A DNA stretch of 64,000 nt, from NCBI GenBank assembly GCA_964459635.1, contig CAYWMQ010000001.1, forward strand, positions 8,342 through 72,341. Reading direction: 5' to 3'. Made by a program: the position numbers and the translations under genes. This stretch comes from an uncultured Candidatus Saccharibacteria bacterium. Its GTDB lineage: Bacteria; Patescibacteriota; Minisyncoccia; Phycocordibacterales; UBA12088. Numbering within the stretch: the first letter of the stretch is position 1; every line of letters begins with the position of its first letter. A model generated the notes under the pieces. The model worked only from the letters and a program-made list of their open reading frames with translations. It had not been told where the DNA came from and searched no databases. Positions 43,278 to 58,200 of the stretch are shown here, piece after piece.

Positions 43278-46200
43278 GTGCAAAATATCGCGCCGGTCGA
43301 TGCGGTGATCGAAGGTGTCGAGTACGCAGAGCCTGCCCCGGGCGAGACAGCAAGCGGTGCAGAGGTTGCGCCGGAGGCGGAGCGGGGCGCGGATGCGAGT
43401 AGTGCCGAGACACGTGCACGCCAAGCGGACGAGGATGTGCGCGTGTGCACCGTACTGGATATCCCCTGTCACACCATACGCTACGACGGCTTTGATATCG
43501 GCAGCGTACTTGCGGATCACACAGTACGCGAGTACACACTGCGGCTTTCGCTTGGTGCGCGAGTCGAGGGCGAGAGCTTCACCCCGGACAAGCTGCTTGT
43601 GCGGTACATGAGCGCCGGCACATGGCACATTGCGGGAGAAGTGGTGATCGACCGCGAACTGTCCAACTTCGACAGCGGCGGGCACTTCTCATTCCCCTTG
43701 CCGGGGCTCACCGCGTGGGATTCCTTGGCCGACCTTGCTGTGGAGCTTGAGTACGTTCGGCATGGTACTGCAGAGACAGAGTTCTATGTCGACAGCGTGT
43801 GGGTGGATGCGCGGTATGCGGTGGTGGACGAGGGTGAGGAGCTGCAACTGGCACCGAACATCTTACCCGAGCTCGCGGTACTAGAAGACTCGCGGCGGCC
43901 GGACATGCTTCTTGTCGGGGATGAGCGCATTACTCTGCCGAGGACAGACGCCGTGCCGGGCGACGAGCTCGTCATTCGCAGCGACCATGACGTATACGAT
44001 GGCCTCACACGGGTGCGCTCGTACCTGTCCGTTACGAACCACGGAGACACGGAAATGTATGCGGATCTCGTAGTACGTACGGGCCGCCATGCGGAAGTAG
44101 TGGGACTGCGTGAGCGCGTGCGTGCGGTGCCGCAGTCTACGTTGGTGCCCGAGTACAGTGACGTGGCGTATTTGTGTGAAGGTGGGTGGCAGCCGGGTAG
44201 CATGTCGCAGGGTGTAGCCGCGCCATCTGACGTACCGGCAGATACAAACACGACAGACGGGGAAGAAGTGGAGGATGGCACAGCGAGTTCCTCCGTATCG
44301 ATGACGGAAGCGCTTGTGAGCGATGGTACGGGATCCGCCACCCTAGATGACGTCGGCCCGGACGCTTCAGGTGAGACTGCAGACTCGGAGGGCGAACCCT
44401 ATACCTGCGCCGCGACAGGTGAAGAGCGCGTGTGCTCGTCTCTCAATGATGACGAGACGAACTGCATCGCCGAAGAAGAACGCATTTCGACCACTGAAGA
44501 AGTTGCATACCGTGAAGGATGGCAGCCGGTCGGCCTGCGGCCCTACCGTGAGCGCACGAGTTTCTGGCAGCGAGTGCTTCGCAGCGAGGCCACCACTACG
44601 TCGGAGTTGCCCAATGCGGTGGAGGCAGAGGAGCGTGTACGGCTTGCTCCGCGGGAGACGCGCTTTTTCGCGGTGGACGTCGAAGTGGGTGTGCAGCGTG
44701 CGGGTGAGTTTGCTTTTGAGCTTCGCGCGGGCGACACGCATGCCGAGCGGCGCATGTGGTGGCGCAGCGGCTACTCGCGTCGTGTGCCTCTTACCGTTCC
44801 TCGTGTAGAATCCGAAGCGCCCGAGGTGCCACTCCTGTATCGCGTGCGGATAGAGGAGAATGACGTGCCCGGGTTTTTCACCACAGCGCGGTTGGACGGA
44901 GGGGATGTGCGTTTTTATGATGCGGCGCTTCGTCTTGAGTTACCGAGCAAAGTGGTCTCATTTTCATACGTTGAACAGGCGGCAGAGTACTTGGTGGAGC
45001 TTGGAGAAAGCTCGACACAGGCGAGCTCAAGCATCTTTGCATATTACGGTAACGATACGGTGATGGAAGCGTCACGGATGCGCGCCCCCTCGCAAACAGA
45101 TACGCCCATAGAGTACGTCCGTGCGGCGGAGTCCGCTACGGGGGCGCTCGTGTCTGTGACAAGTTTGCGTGACGGCAACACCATGCGTACGGGTGCGGGA
45201 GGTACGGAGGTGACACTCCACGAAGGTGAAGCGCTTGATATGGTGCTGGGAGAGGAGCCGCTCTATGCTCGCGGGCCCCTGCTCATACGCCCGGCCGACA
45301 CCGTGTCCTCAAAGGAAATGCGCGCGTTCGCGCTTACGCTTCCTGCGCATACCTACAGCCTCGCGCAAGGCACGTCGAGCCTCACGTATGTGGTAGAGCG
45401 CTACGCGAGCACAAGCCCCGAGCTGCGCTTTGGAGACGTGGAAGAGCTTCCGGTACCTGCGGTCGGTATTTTTGAGCCGCTCTCCTTTACCGACCAGCTC
45501 TCGCGCATACTGTACTTGCGCTCACTCACGGGCCCCGCGTACCACGACTTCCTTGAAGAGCTGCGCGACTTTGAGCTTGGCGATGAAGTGGTGTTTAAGC
45601 TCCGGTACAAGCCACAGCGGTGGGGTATCACGCGCTTTTTCCGCGGGCTTGTGCGCGACCGCCTCGCCACAGTGGCGGGCGTGCGTCTCCTGTACGGTGG
45701 GGAGGTCCTCACGGACGCGCGTTTTGACGTCTCGTACGGCGCAGAAGGCGAGTGGACCATCAAGCTTACAGAAGCGCCGAGAAGCCTCGTACCGGGCAAG
45801 TACTCCGTCGAGCTCACCATTGACGAAGTGGGCGAACTCTACACCGACACCTTTGATTTTTACTTCGGGGTGCTTGCCGTGAACACGCCGGAAGCCACGT
45901 ACGAGACGGGCAGCGTGGCCGAGTTCCACATGGCCGCGCTCGACGATCGTGGTGACACCATATGCGATGCGGAGCTGCGCTTGCTCATCACACCACCGTC
46001 CGGTCTGGCGGAGGAGATACCGGTAGAGCGCTCCACCACCTGCGGTCCCAACAACGTGACCGATGAGCCCGACTACCGCGCGCTCTATCGTTTGCGGGAG
46101 AGTGGCACGTACGACCTTGTTCTCACGCATGTAAACAGGGAGGGTGAGATAGTGCACCAGGTGCGCGATGCAGTGCACGCGGCCGAGCGCATGCCGTACA

Positions 46201-49200
46201 CGATAGAGCGGGCGGGCGCCACGCGCATCTGGCCGAAAGCGCCTTACACCATGCACCTCACCGTGTCGGCACGCGAGGACTGGAGCGGCACGTTGGTGGA
46301 GGCACTGCCGCGTGACTTCGTAGTGACGGACGCGGGCGGTGGGGAGTCGTCGGTGTGGGGCGGGGCCAAGCGTCTGAGTTGGGAGCTTACACTTGCGGCG
46401 GGTGAGTCGGTCACACTTTCGTACGAGTACGATGCGCCCGATCGCTCGCCGTACCTCTACCTCCTCGGGCCCGCGGAGCTTCGTGTGGGAGAGCAGGCTG
46501 CGTACCGCGAAGCAAAGAGCTGGAAGCTCGCCTCCGACGCGCTCGGGCAGTACACCGAGTCCTACGTCACCTTTACCCCAACGGTAAATGACACGTGGAC
46601 GACCATTGATCTCTCCGGTGCGCCGTACAGCATACCCGCGAACGCCATTCTTGAGATCGCGATCTCAAACGTGGACACAGGTAACGAGGCATACGGCGGT
46701 GTACGCAGCGGTGCCTCGACCACGCTCGACCGCCGTGTACGCATTCATGAGGCCGAGCCGTCAGGATCGGACGTCACCACCATGTTCGTACAAGCCAGTG
46801 CAACGTCAAGCATTCAGTACTACTCCGACGACACCAATGACATACGCTTCACCATTCTTGGCTACTGGACGAGCGGCACGTATACCGAGCGTTGGAGTGT
46901 GTTTGGACCTGCGGCGAACAACTGGACAACAGACTGGAACCTTAACACGTACGGCGTAGCCGACGGCAACGTGGCGGAAATCGTCTTAGTGAACACAGAT
47001 GGTTCAAATGAGTACGCTGCAGGCGTACGCACACTAGGCTCTACACTCACGCGCGAGGTGACCATACACGAGCCTGAACAGGGCGGCGTAGATACCGCTA
47101 CCATGCTTGTACGCGCGAGTACCTCCAACGCGACCATACGGTATCGTAACGCAAACGCTGCAATAGACTTCTACGTGGCAGGCTTCTTTTCGACGTTGCC
47201 CACCGGTCTTGAGTACTATGAGCGGTGGGACGACCTCGGCGGGCCAGCCAGCGCAAACACATGGACCGATCGCAGGCTCGACGACATCACCGTTCCCAAT
47301 TCAGCCATCGCAGATGTTGCGTATGCCAACACTGCTGCAGACGACACCACAGTCACGATCGGTGTGCGTGCCAACGGCTCGTCACTTTCCCGCACCGCCG
47401 AGCTGCACGAGGCTGAGGCGGGTGGCCAGAACCACGCGCGGTCGCACGTCACGGCAGGCAGTGATGCAAGCAGCACCATCGAATACTTCACCGGTAACAC
47501 CGCATACGACTCATTCCGGCTCGCCGGATACTGGGCAGCCGCCAACTATCCGCCCGATGCACCAACGCTCCACGACATACCGTTTGACAATGAAAAAACA
47601 GGGAGCTCGACACCGTACTTCGAGTTCACCGCATCCGACCCCGATGGCTCTAGCGATATCGTCTATCAGGTGCAGTGGGATGATGATGCCGACTTGGATG
47701 CTTCACCTCTGGGTGACCGCTCAAGTGATAATGAAACGGGCTGCTCTCCCAACTGTTTTGCCAATACCGTAAGCGGTGGCGACACCTCGCCTTTTACCGA
47801 GGGGCAGCGGATACGTTTCAGCATACAGAGTGCGCTCACGAGCGGTACCACATACTACTGGCGTGTACGTGCCAAAGACAGCAGCGGTTCGAACATCTAC
47901 TCCGAATGGACAGAGGTGCGTTCTTTCACATACGTGGCCGACACGAATCCGAAAGCGTGGTACCAAACAGCCGATGCGCAGTTTGACGGTGGTACTTTTT
48001 CGGGCGCGGAAACGTACGGTGCCAATTCCGTACGCCTTGCGACCACACCGCCCGTTGGCGCCATGGTGGCGTACGGCGAAGGTACGGTGGCGACACCACG
48101 GTACCAGATATGGAACGGTACCGCGTGGGGCGGAGAGCTCAGTGCGCAGAGCGCTACGGGTAGAATAAGCTGGACCGTACTGCGTGCCGCTCCCACACGG
48201 GATGAATATGTCCTGGTGACGCAAACCGCCACAGGCACCGTATTGGCGCAGGTGTACAACGGCACAAGCGGTACGTGGGGCAATGCACGCGTGATGACGA
48301 GCGCGGCCCCAAGCGCCGATCGTCGCGCGGTTGACGTGGCGTACCGCGGTCTTTCGGGTGAGGCGGTGGTGACGTACTGCGATGGTGATACCGACCCAAG
48401 CACGAACATTTGGAACGGCACGAACTGGTCCGCCACCACCACCCTCGACACGCAGTTCAACAGCGCCTGCAACTGGGTCGCGCTCGCTGCAAGTGACGCG
48501 AGCGATGAAATAGCGGCGGTCGTGCAAGCCGACAGTACGAACACCACCTCCGACTTTGAGGCGCAGATACTGACCGGTACTACGTGGGGCAACAGTTACA
48601 CCGGGGGCAGCAATACGGCGGGTGAAGAATTTCTTGAACGCATGTCGATCGCGTATGAGGAGTCGGGGACGGAAGCGGTGGTCGTCGTAGGCAACGGCGG
48701 CACCGCCAGTTTTGTCAGTGCGGTCTGGAACACTACGGCACAAACATGGACCGCAAACGCAAATCGCGGCACGCAAGACGACTTTGAGTGGTCTGAGTTT
48801 GCTGTGGATGATGGGTCCGACAACCTCGGTCTATGCTACATAGACGAGGACAACCAAGTCCACATCGCCAAGTGGAACGGCACGAGTAACACGTGGGACG
48901 CGTACGATGCCGCGGGTGACCAAATAGACACTGGCGGAAAGGCAAACGGTACAACCGACTACCACGCTCGGCCCGTCACGTGCCGGTACGAAACAACAGC
49001 AGGCCGCGATGGCTATCTCATGGTGCCGTACTCTGATACCACGAACGCGCGGTATCGTGTGTGGAGCACATCACTTACCGTTGAGCAGTCCATCTCGACC
49101 ATAGAGGATTCATGGACCGTGAGCAGTGCGCGCACGGGGGATGGCCTCATTCTCACGCTTTGGCGCGACGATACCAACGACCGCTTCGACTTCTCCTACT

Positions 49201-52200
49201 GGAACGGCAACTCGTGGTCGGCACGTGCCGCGTTGGAGAGCTCAATGGCCGATGATACAGAGCCCTATGCCGAGCCGGCCATGATAGCCGCACAGCGGTT
49301 CCAAGCGTCTGCCGGCTCCATCGTTTCGCCCATCATTGATTTCGACAGTGTGCCCGGGCAAAGCTCCTGGGGCGAACTCCTATGGACCACCACTGAGCCC
49401 TCGGGCACCGACGTTGTCATGCAGGTGTACTACGCCACCACGACCGCGGTCTGCAACGTGCTTGTGCCGGACGCGGCGCTTGCGGGCAACAGCACCGGTT
49501 TTCAAGCCACCTCGAGCCCGCTCAACCTCTCCGGACTTTCGACCTCTACCTACAACATGTTGTGTCTCAAGGCCTCGCTCTCCTCACAGTCAAGCCAGTC
49601 GTCCACCTTGGATGAGTGGACGGTCTCGTGGGTGCGACAGCCGTTCCTTACGCAAACCGCCTACCGCTGGTATGCCAATACAGATGCAAACACACCCACC
49701 GATGTGTGGCCGGTGGGCAGTAACAGTGTGGCGGAGAACGAAGCCATTTCGACCGCCTTCGCACCTAACGTGGGTGATGTATTGCGGCTTCGCTTGGGTA
49801 TGCTTGACTCTAACGTGACGTTGGCCGCAAGTAGTACCGCATTTACCCTGCAGTGGGCCGAAGGTGTGTCATGCAGTGCCAGTATGGACTGGCAGGATGT
49901 TGGTGCGTCCGGTAGTAGCGTCGCATGGCGCGGGTACGATAACGCGTCCGTGTCGGATGGTGCAACGCTCAGTTCGCGTCTTCTCAGCACCACTGACGTG
50001 TCTTTTTCATACGAAGAAGTCAATGACACCGCGACAAACACCAGTGCGCTCGCTCCCACGGAGGAGGCAGAGTTCGACTTTGTGCTGCAGCACAACGCGA
50101 CATCTTCCACCAACTATTGCTTCCGTCTCATCAACGATGATGGTTTGCCCATCAATCAGTATGACCGGTACCCGCAGCTCATAACGAACGCGCCACCCTC
50201 TACGCCGGTGCTCGCAACACCATTTACCTACGAAGCGCTCGCCTCGACCACACCATGGTTTACGTTCGTGGCGGAGGACATAAAAGGTGACGATATCCAC
50301 TACGAGATAGAGATCGACGATGACCCTGCGTTCGGCAGTCCGCTCACACGAAACAGTGCCGATCACTTCAATGAGTTCGTTAACACCGTCACGCCGGCCG
50401 ACAAGAGTCCGTTCACCTCCGGTGAGCAGGTGCGCTTCGTGCCCACTACTGCACTTACCGACAACACAACCTACTGGTGGCGCGTGCACGCACGAGACCC
50501 GTCCGGCAGCAACGACTGGAGTGACTGGTCCGTGGCGTGGAGCTTCACCGCCTCATCGACCGTGAGTATCTCGACATGGTTCCAAACTACGTACGAGCAA
50601 TTTGAGGAAAATGATCATGAGAACACCGAAGCGACCGTGAGTGATGATGTGGCACTCATCCCCTCGAACACACTTGGTACGACGACCGCGCCCGGTATCA
50701 AGTTTGCGTGGAAGACTACCGGCAATGCGTGGGGCTCGCTCTCATGGACCGAGAACGAAACGACAGGCACTTTGCGAACGCGTGTACAGTACAACAACAA
50801 CGGGATCTGGGAGCTCATCCCCGACTCGGTGCTTTCCGGTAACAGCGTGGGATTTGCAGCGGGCCCGGTGTCGCTTTTGGGTCTTGACCCGACACTCTAC
50901 AGCGAGATACGTCCGGTTGCGTACCTGCAAGACGTGAGCGGATCGCCGCGACTCCTGGACTGGACGTTGAGCTGGGGACTCGCGGTAGAACAGCCCACGC
51001 TCACGAGTCCGTTTGACAACGAAAAAGTTGCCACCGTCACTCCAAGCTTCACCTTCCGATCCACCGATCCCCAGGGCAACGACCTTACATACGAGATCCA
51101 GTGGTCCGCGACACCGGACTTCGCGGCATCCACCACGCGCACGTCCGGCACGCATACGGGCTTTACGAACACCGCGAGTTCGACCGATACCTCACCGTTT
51201 CTTGAAGACAACATCATTCGCTTCACGGTGCAGGGTGCGGATGCGCTTACCAATGGGGCCACCTACTGGTGGCGCGTTCGAGCGAAAGACCCCGGCGGTG
51301 GCGACACGTGGAGCGTGTGGAGCCCGATACGCAGCCTCACGGTGGATACGAGTATCACGGTCTCAACATGGTTCCAAACGACCGATGAACAGTTCGATAC
51401 TGATTTTTTGACCGACCTTGAAACCTACGGCTCAGACCAAGTGCGCATTACCTCTACCATTCGTGAGGCGCTCGTGGCATACGCGGAAGGTGTGGTGCAG
51501 ACGCCGCGGTACCGCTTGTGGAACGGCAATGCCTGGGGCACCGAAAAGAGCGCCGCGAACATAGGAGAACGCATCTACTGGATACGCACCGCTGCGGGGC
51601 CCGCGCGCGACGAGTATGCCATGGTGACGGGCGGCCTGTCGGGCGCAGTGAAAGCACAAGTGTACAACGGTACGACCGGCCAGTGGGGCGATCTTGTTGA
51701 TATGAGCACACCGGCCGCAACAAACAGGCGCGGGTTTGATGTGGCGTATGAGTCCGTGTCGGGACGCGCAATGGCCGCGGCATGTCGCGGTGCGGATGCG
51801 GTGTATCGTACATGGGACGGCGCGAGCTGGAGCGCTACGTCCACCATAAACCTGGGTTTCACTCAAAACTGTGAGTGGCTCACACTTGCGAGCGACCCAA
51901 CTTCAAACGAAATTATTTTAGCTGCGCGCGCGAACACCGCGAACACCCCGTACGCGTTTGAAGCGCAGGTATGGAACGGCTCTGCATGGGGCAACAGTAC
52001 TGCGCAGGGCTTGATGGAATCTACGGACGCAGAGAACATCGGCATGGCCGTTGCGTATGAAGAGTCGGGCGATCAGGCGCTTTTTGTGACCAGCAACGGC
52101 ACCAACGCAAACTTCCACTGGCGCACCTGGAACGGCGCGTGGTCGGGCACGAGCTCCACCACGACCGTTGACGATTTGGAGACTCCGAAGATAGCGCAAG

Positions 52201-55200
52201 ATGCGGGCTCCGATGCGCTTGGGCTCTGCTACATCACAAATCTGAACAGCATGTACTACATGCGCTGGGACGGTTCGAAATTTGTGAGTGCACCCACTCA
52301 GTTTTCGGCAGATAGTAACAGCAAGGATGGCGGACATGCATTCGACTGTGCGTACGAAACCACCGCCGGCCGCGATGGGTACCTCATGATGCCGTACACC
52401 GACGGCACGCTTGGCTACTATCGTTTTCATAACACCTCGACCGGCCTTTCTGCTGAAGCGGCTCTGTCGAGTGTAACCGACTCATGGTCGGTCGAAAGCG
52501 TTCGTACGGGCGACGGGCTTATTCTGGCCGTCTTCTGGGACGATGCGAATACGCAGTTTGACTTTTCATACTGGAACGGCACCGCCCCGTGGAGTGCGCG
52601 GCAAACGCTCGAGACAAACGTATCCACCATCGTAAACCCCATAGTTCCCGTGTCGCTCACCCCCCGCCGGTACACCTCATTTACGTCAGGCACCCTCGTC
52701 TCAGACCCCATTCATTTTTCCGACGGTACTGGGCCGCGCTGGGGAGTGGCAAGCTCGACGGATACCACACCGGGCGCCTCAGAGATACGCTACCAGTTTG
52801 AGCACAGCACCGATAATGGAGAAACATGGGCGCTCATACCGGACTCTGCATTGCCCGGCAACTCCGTAGGTACCACCTCAAACACGGTTGATCTCTCCGC
52901 GCTTTCATATACCACGTATGACGTCATACGCTATGTGGCCAACTTCGCCTGCGTCTCGGGTGACTGCCCCATACTGCACGACTGGACGATCGCATGGTCT
53001 GAGGGGCTCAAGGTTTCCGGTACCGCAAAGGGCTACGACGAGAGCACCAACGTGACGAGTGGTACCGTGGCGGTCGCGGTGAATGGTGCTGTGCAGACGG
53101 GTAAGACGGCGAGTATCTCGGGCGGTACATGGCAGATAAACAACGTTACCATGTTCCCGGGCGACACGGTCCATGTGTGGATACAAGGCGCAGCAGACGC
53201 AAACGAGGCGGCAGCGGTCTTTCGGTACGACGGTGTGGGCGACACGACGGGTGTCGAGCTCTTTGAGCGGCACCTCACCATAGGCTCACATGATGCGACC
53301 ACAACAACGAACGCCCACATTGCGCTCTACGACAACAGTGCCTCGGGGAATGAAGACCTGTTCTTTGAGGTCGACAGCGGCAACGACCTCACCGTGTGTT
53401 CGGTCGGAGCGTGCAGCGATGCGGAGCTCTTCGTGGCTCAGGGGTACACGTACCGGCCCGACTCCGCTTCGGGCGGCAACGTTTCCACGCACGATATGGA
53501 GATAGCCGGTACATTGACCGCAGACGGCAACACGCTCACGGTGTCGGGCTCATGGGAAAACCGCGGCATCTTCACCGCAAACAGTTCAAGCGTTATTCTC
53601 CGTGCGACATCCAGCCAAGAAACCTTGAGCTCTGTCGGCGCCACGACGAGCGCGTTCAACATACTGACCTTGGGGCAGACCTCCGGTAATGCCACGTGGA
53701 CGCTCGCAGGACCCCTCGAAGTGGACGGCAACTGCACCCTGTCGTACGGCACACTAAATGGGTCTACATCCGCGCTCTTCCTGGGTGGCAATTTTTCACT
53801 TGCTGCGGGTACGACCTTCCTCAAGAGCACGGGCACCACAACATTTGACGGGACCGGTGTAGCGGTGATTACAGATGCAACTGCGGCAAAGCAAGACTTG
53901 GGCAAGGTAGCTGCAAGCGGTACGAGCAAAACGGTGCGTCTTGGCTCAGCACTAAAGCTTACCGACCTCACTATATACACGGGAAACACGTTCGACGTGT
54001 CGTCAAACAACTACGCGCTTGAGGTACGTGGTGATTTCCGGAACAGCGATTCGTTCTCGGCACGTGCAGGTACCGTCACCATGACGGCAACGACCACGGG
54101 GCGCACACTTGTGCCTGGCAACTCTCCTTTGTATGACCTGACGTTCCAAGGGGTGGGGGGTAACTGGGCGTTTGGACAGCCTCTTGTTACGGTGCAAAAC
54201 AACTTGACCATTGCGACCGGCACCGTCACGCTCGCAACAGGCACGACAACAGTATCGGGAAGTTTGTCTAACAGTGGCACACTTGTGCACAACAACGGTA
54301 CGTTGGAACTCACCGGAAGCGGTTCGAAAACGTTGACGCAGGGCGGCTCACCACTCTACAACCTCACCGTAAACGGTGCAGGCGCGTGGAGCTGGACCGA
54401 GCAAAACGCGACATCCTCCGGATCCACACGTATCCTGAACGGCACGTTGACAATGCCGGCGGAAACGTACGCGGTGGGCAAGTCTTTTGTAAATGCCGGA
54501 GGCACCGTCGCCCCCAATGGCGGCACGCTTCGCTTCACATCGAACGTAGCCGAAACAGTGCAGGCAAACGGTTCTGCACTCTACGGGCTCACGTTTGACG
54601 GCGCGGGAGGGACGTTCGCGTTGGCGGACACCAACCTTGTTGCAAGCGGCACGGTGCGCTTTGTTGCGGGGACGACCACGCTTCCATCGGGTACTATGAC
54701 CGTGTCGGGTTCTTGGGTTACGACGGGCGGCACGTGGAATGCGAATGGTGGCACTGTGCTCTTTAACTCGGCGGCCACGGGACGTACGGTCACTACCGGC
54801 ACCAACAACTTTGCGTCCGTGACCTTTAATAGTGCGGTGGGTGGCTGGAGCATCGACTCGCATGCAACGTCGACCGGTGCATGGTCACTTCTTGCCGCTC
54901 AAAGCTACACGGTCGCGAGCGGCAACACCATGGCTGTAGGTGGGGCGTTTGTCAACAATGTACCGGGTGCCACCACATGGACCGGCTCCACACTCGCACT
55001 CAGCTCCGGCACTTCGTATACGGTAGGGAGCTCAAGTCAAGCGGCGGAAACATACGGCACGCTGCGCATTGGTGCAAATACCGACGTGAAATTCTGGCAG
55101 TCGTCCGCAGCAAGCTATGCGGTCGACAGTACCGGTTCTCTCTACTCTCAGGATCATGCGGCACAGAATGGCGACCTGTATATATGGGGAGAGTACGTGC

Positions 55201-58200
55201 GTACGAGCGGTACCGAGCACTGGAGCTATGCGACAGACTTTGATGGCACCGATATCGGCGGCTCTCCGCGGCAAGTGGACGTGCGCTTTGCCTCCGGTGC
55301 ATCCGCCCAGTTCACCGGTGCGACCTTGTCGCTGCGTGGAGACGCAGCCGCCACCACCACGCTGGCGAATCAAGGCTCGGGCAGCTACAGGCTGCAGCTT
55401 ACGGGAAGTACGTTGTTGGCGGAGTACTTCAGCGTTGCAAATACCGATGCGGATGGACTCGCGCTCATGGCGTCTACCACCGTGAACTACTTGCGTGACG
55501 GCACGTTTACGCTTGACACACAGGGAGGGTCAATGCTCACGCTCGCATCCACCACCATTGACAAAAATCCGCTCTTACAGCCGGACCGCCTTTCTTTTGG
55601 AACGTCCACCGGTATCTCGACAGGGTACAACGTCACCGCCTCCGGTACAGCCTCGTCCTATTGGTGGTTCAAGAACACGAGCGGCAACTATGATGGTGAG
55701 TCATACGACAATGACCCGGTTGCAGGCGCAGGGAGCATACGGTGGGATGACTCGGGCTTTACGATAAACGTGTCCGGCACCGTCTACACGGGAGAAGGTG
55801 CGGGTGTACCCGCGTACTGCAACGGGTCCACACAGGTGCTTCGGCTTGTGGTACAGGGCGTGACGACGTACGACACATCGTGCGCTGCAGGTACGGGCGC
55901 ATTCACATTCTCCGGCGTTACGTACTCGGGCGATGTCACGTTCATGGCGTTTCTCAACGGCACGTCGGGGCGTGGCGCCACCGTCTCACGTACACCGCAA
56001 GGGAACATTGCGGGCTTCGACCTTTACCAGGATCGCGTCATAGTGCGTCACGAGGATACTGCGGCGCTCAGTATAGCGAACATGCTGCTGTATGATGCGG
56101 ACCAAGACCTAGACATTCCGTTCGACGCTGAAGCGGGTTCTCTCACCGTATCTCCGGAGACCGGCCTCCATGTGTGGGCCGCAAAGACGTTCGCACCGAG
56201 CGGCAATGTCACGCTTCAGTCCGGCGGCTCGGGCGCAGTACAGGACGGCACGCTTCGCCTTGCCTCGGGGAGCGTCTTTACCGCGGCGGGATCGGAAAGT
56301 CACAGCATCGGAGGTTCGTGGATAGCGAACACGGGTGCCACCTTTACGGCTGCAAACTCCACGGTAAACTTCACGGCGACCACTACAGGCAAGACCATTG
56401 CACCGAGCGGCAGCTTCCACAACCTCTCCTTTACGGGGTTAAACGGCGGCTGGAGTGTGGCCTCTTCGACGCAGGTGGCGAACAACCTTGCGGTATCAGC
56501 GGGTACCGTAAGCGGCACCGGAAACGTGACGGTGGATCTTGGTGCATTCTCAGGAAACGGGAGCGTCACTATGACGGGTGGTACCGTAACGGTGAACAAG
56601 GGTGGCAATTTCGGCGGTAATAGCACGTGGACGTTCAACAATTTGACGCTTGGCGATGGTACATCGGGCACCACCGCCAAAGTGGGCTCCGGGGATATAG
56701 CCGTAAGCGGCGCACTTACCGTGAGCGCCAATCATATCTTGGAGGCGGGTTCATACACTTGGACGCTTACGGGGAGCGGTGCGGTCTTGTTGGTACCCGG
56801 GACCTTTACCGCACAAACGTCCACCACAACATTTGCGGGCACAGGTGCAATGACGGTCCCGGCGCTCACATACCACAACCTCGTGCTTGCGCCAACCGCG
56901 GCGGGCAGCCCCACGTACACGCTCGCGGCCGGGAGCCTTACGGCCAATACCGTTACCGTAGGGAACGGTACGCACCCGGTGACGGTGCAGGTAAACACAA
57001 ATGATCCGCTCATAACGGTTGCCGGCACCTTCCGTAACCGCACAAACGCAACGTACCAAGCGGCGAGCGCCAATGACCTCATGATCGCAGGCTCGTACAT
57101 AAACGAAGGTACCTTTACGGCAAACGGCGGTGGTGTGGTAATGAACTCCGCAGACACGGGCGAGCTCGTGACGCCGGGTGCATCGTCTTTCCATCACCTG
57201 ACGTTCAACCATGCGAGTGGCGGCTGGACCATTACAGGCAATGCAACGACGACCGGTAATTTCACCCTGACGGCCGCCTCCAACTTTACACAGGCGAGTG
57301 GCAGCACGCTTAGGGTAGAGGGCATTTTCCTTAACAGCGTGGGCGGTGGTGCGACCACGTGGAGCGGCACCACGCTCGCGTTGTACTCCGGTACGAGCTA
57401 CAGCATGAATACCAAGACGACCGAGGGCGACACCTACGGCACGCTGTCGGTAGGCACAAATACCGACGTGGCGATGTGGAACTCTACGTCGTCAAGCTAC
57501 AGCATATCCCCGTCGGGCTCGCTCTATTCACAGGACCACAACAGCGTAGATGGCGCACTCTATATATGGGGCGACTACACGCGCACGAGCGGTACCGAGC
57601 ACTGGAGCTACGCCACCGACTTTGACGGCACCGATATCAGCGGCACGCCGCGCCAAGCGAAGGTGTACCTTGCGGAAGGAGCATCCACCACACTCTCTGC
57701 CGGGACGTGGAATATCCTTGGTACTTCGGGCGCCACCACCACCATTCAAAATCAAGGGAGCGGTGTGTACGGCCTCAAGGTTGCAGGCGGCACCTTTAAT
57801 GCGCAGTACTATCGCGTGCGTAATGTAAATGCGCTCGGTCTCGAGTTTGCGGGCACACCGACCGTGACCTCGCTCTCGGATGGCGACCTGGAGCTTGGCA
57901 TCACAGGCGGCGCGATGCTCACGATACCTGCATCGGTCATTACGACGAACCCCGTCAAGACCTGGTATCGCGTTTCTTTTGCGACCAGCTCCGGTGTTAC
58001 GAGTGGGCGTAACGCAACGAGCTCCGGCACCACCGCAAGTTCGTGGCGCTTTACCCCCGCGCTTGGCAACTACTACGGCGAGGCGTACGATGGCGACCCG
58101 GCGGGCGACCCCGGCTACCTCATATGGGACGACAGTAATGCGCAGGTCTCGATAGGCGGCAATGTGTACAGCAACGAAACAGGTACGGTGTCTGCCTTGT

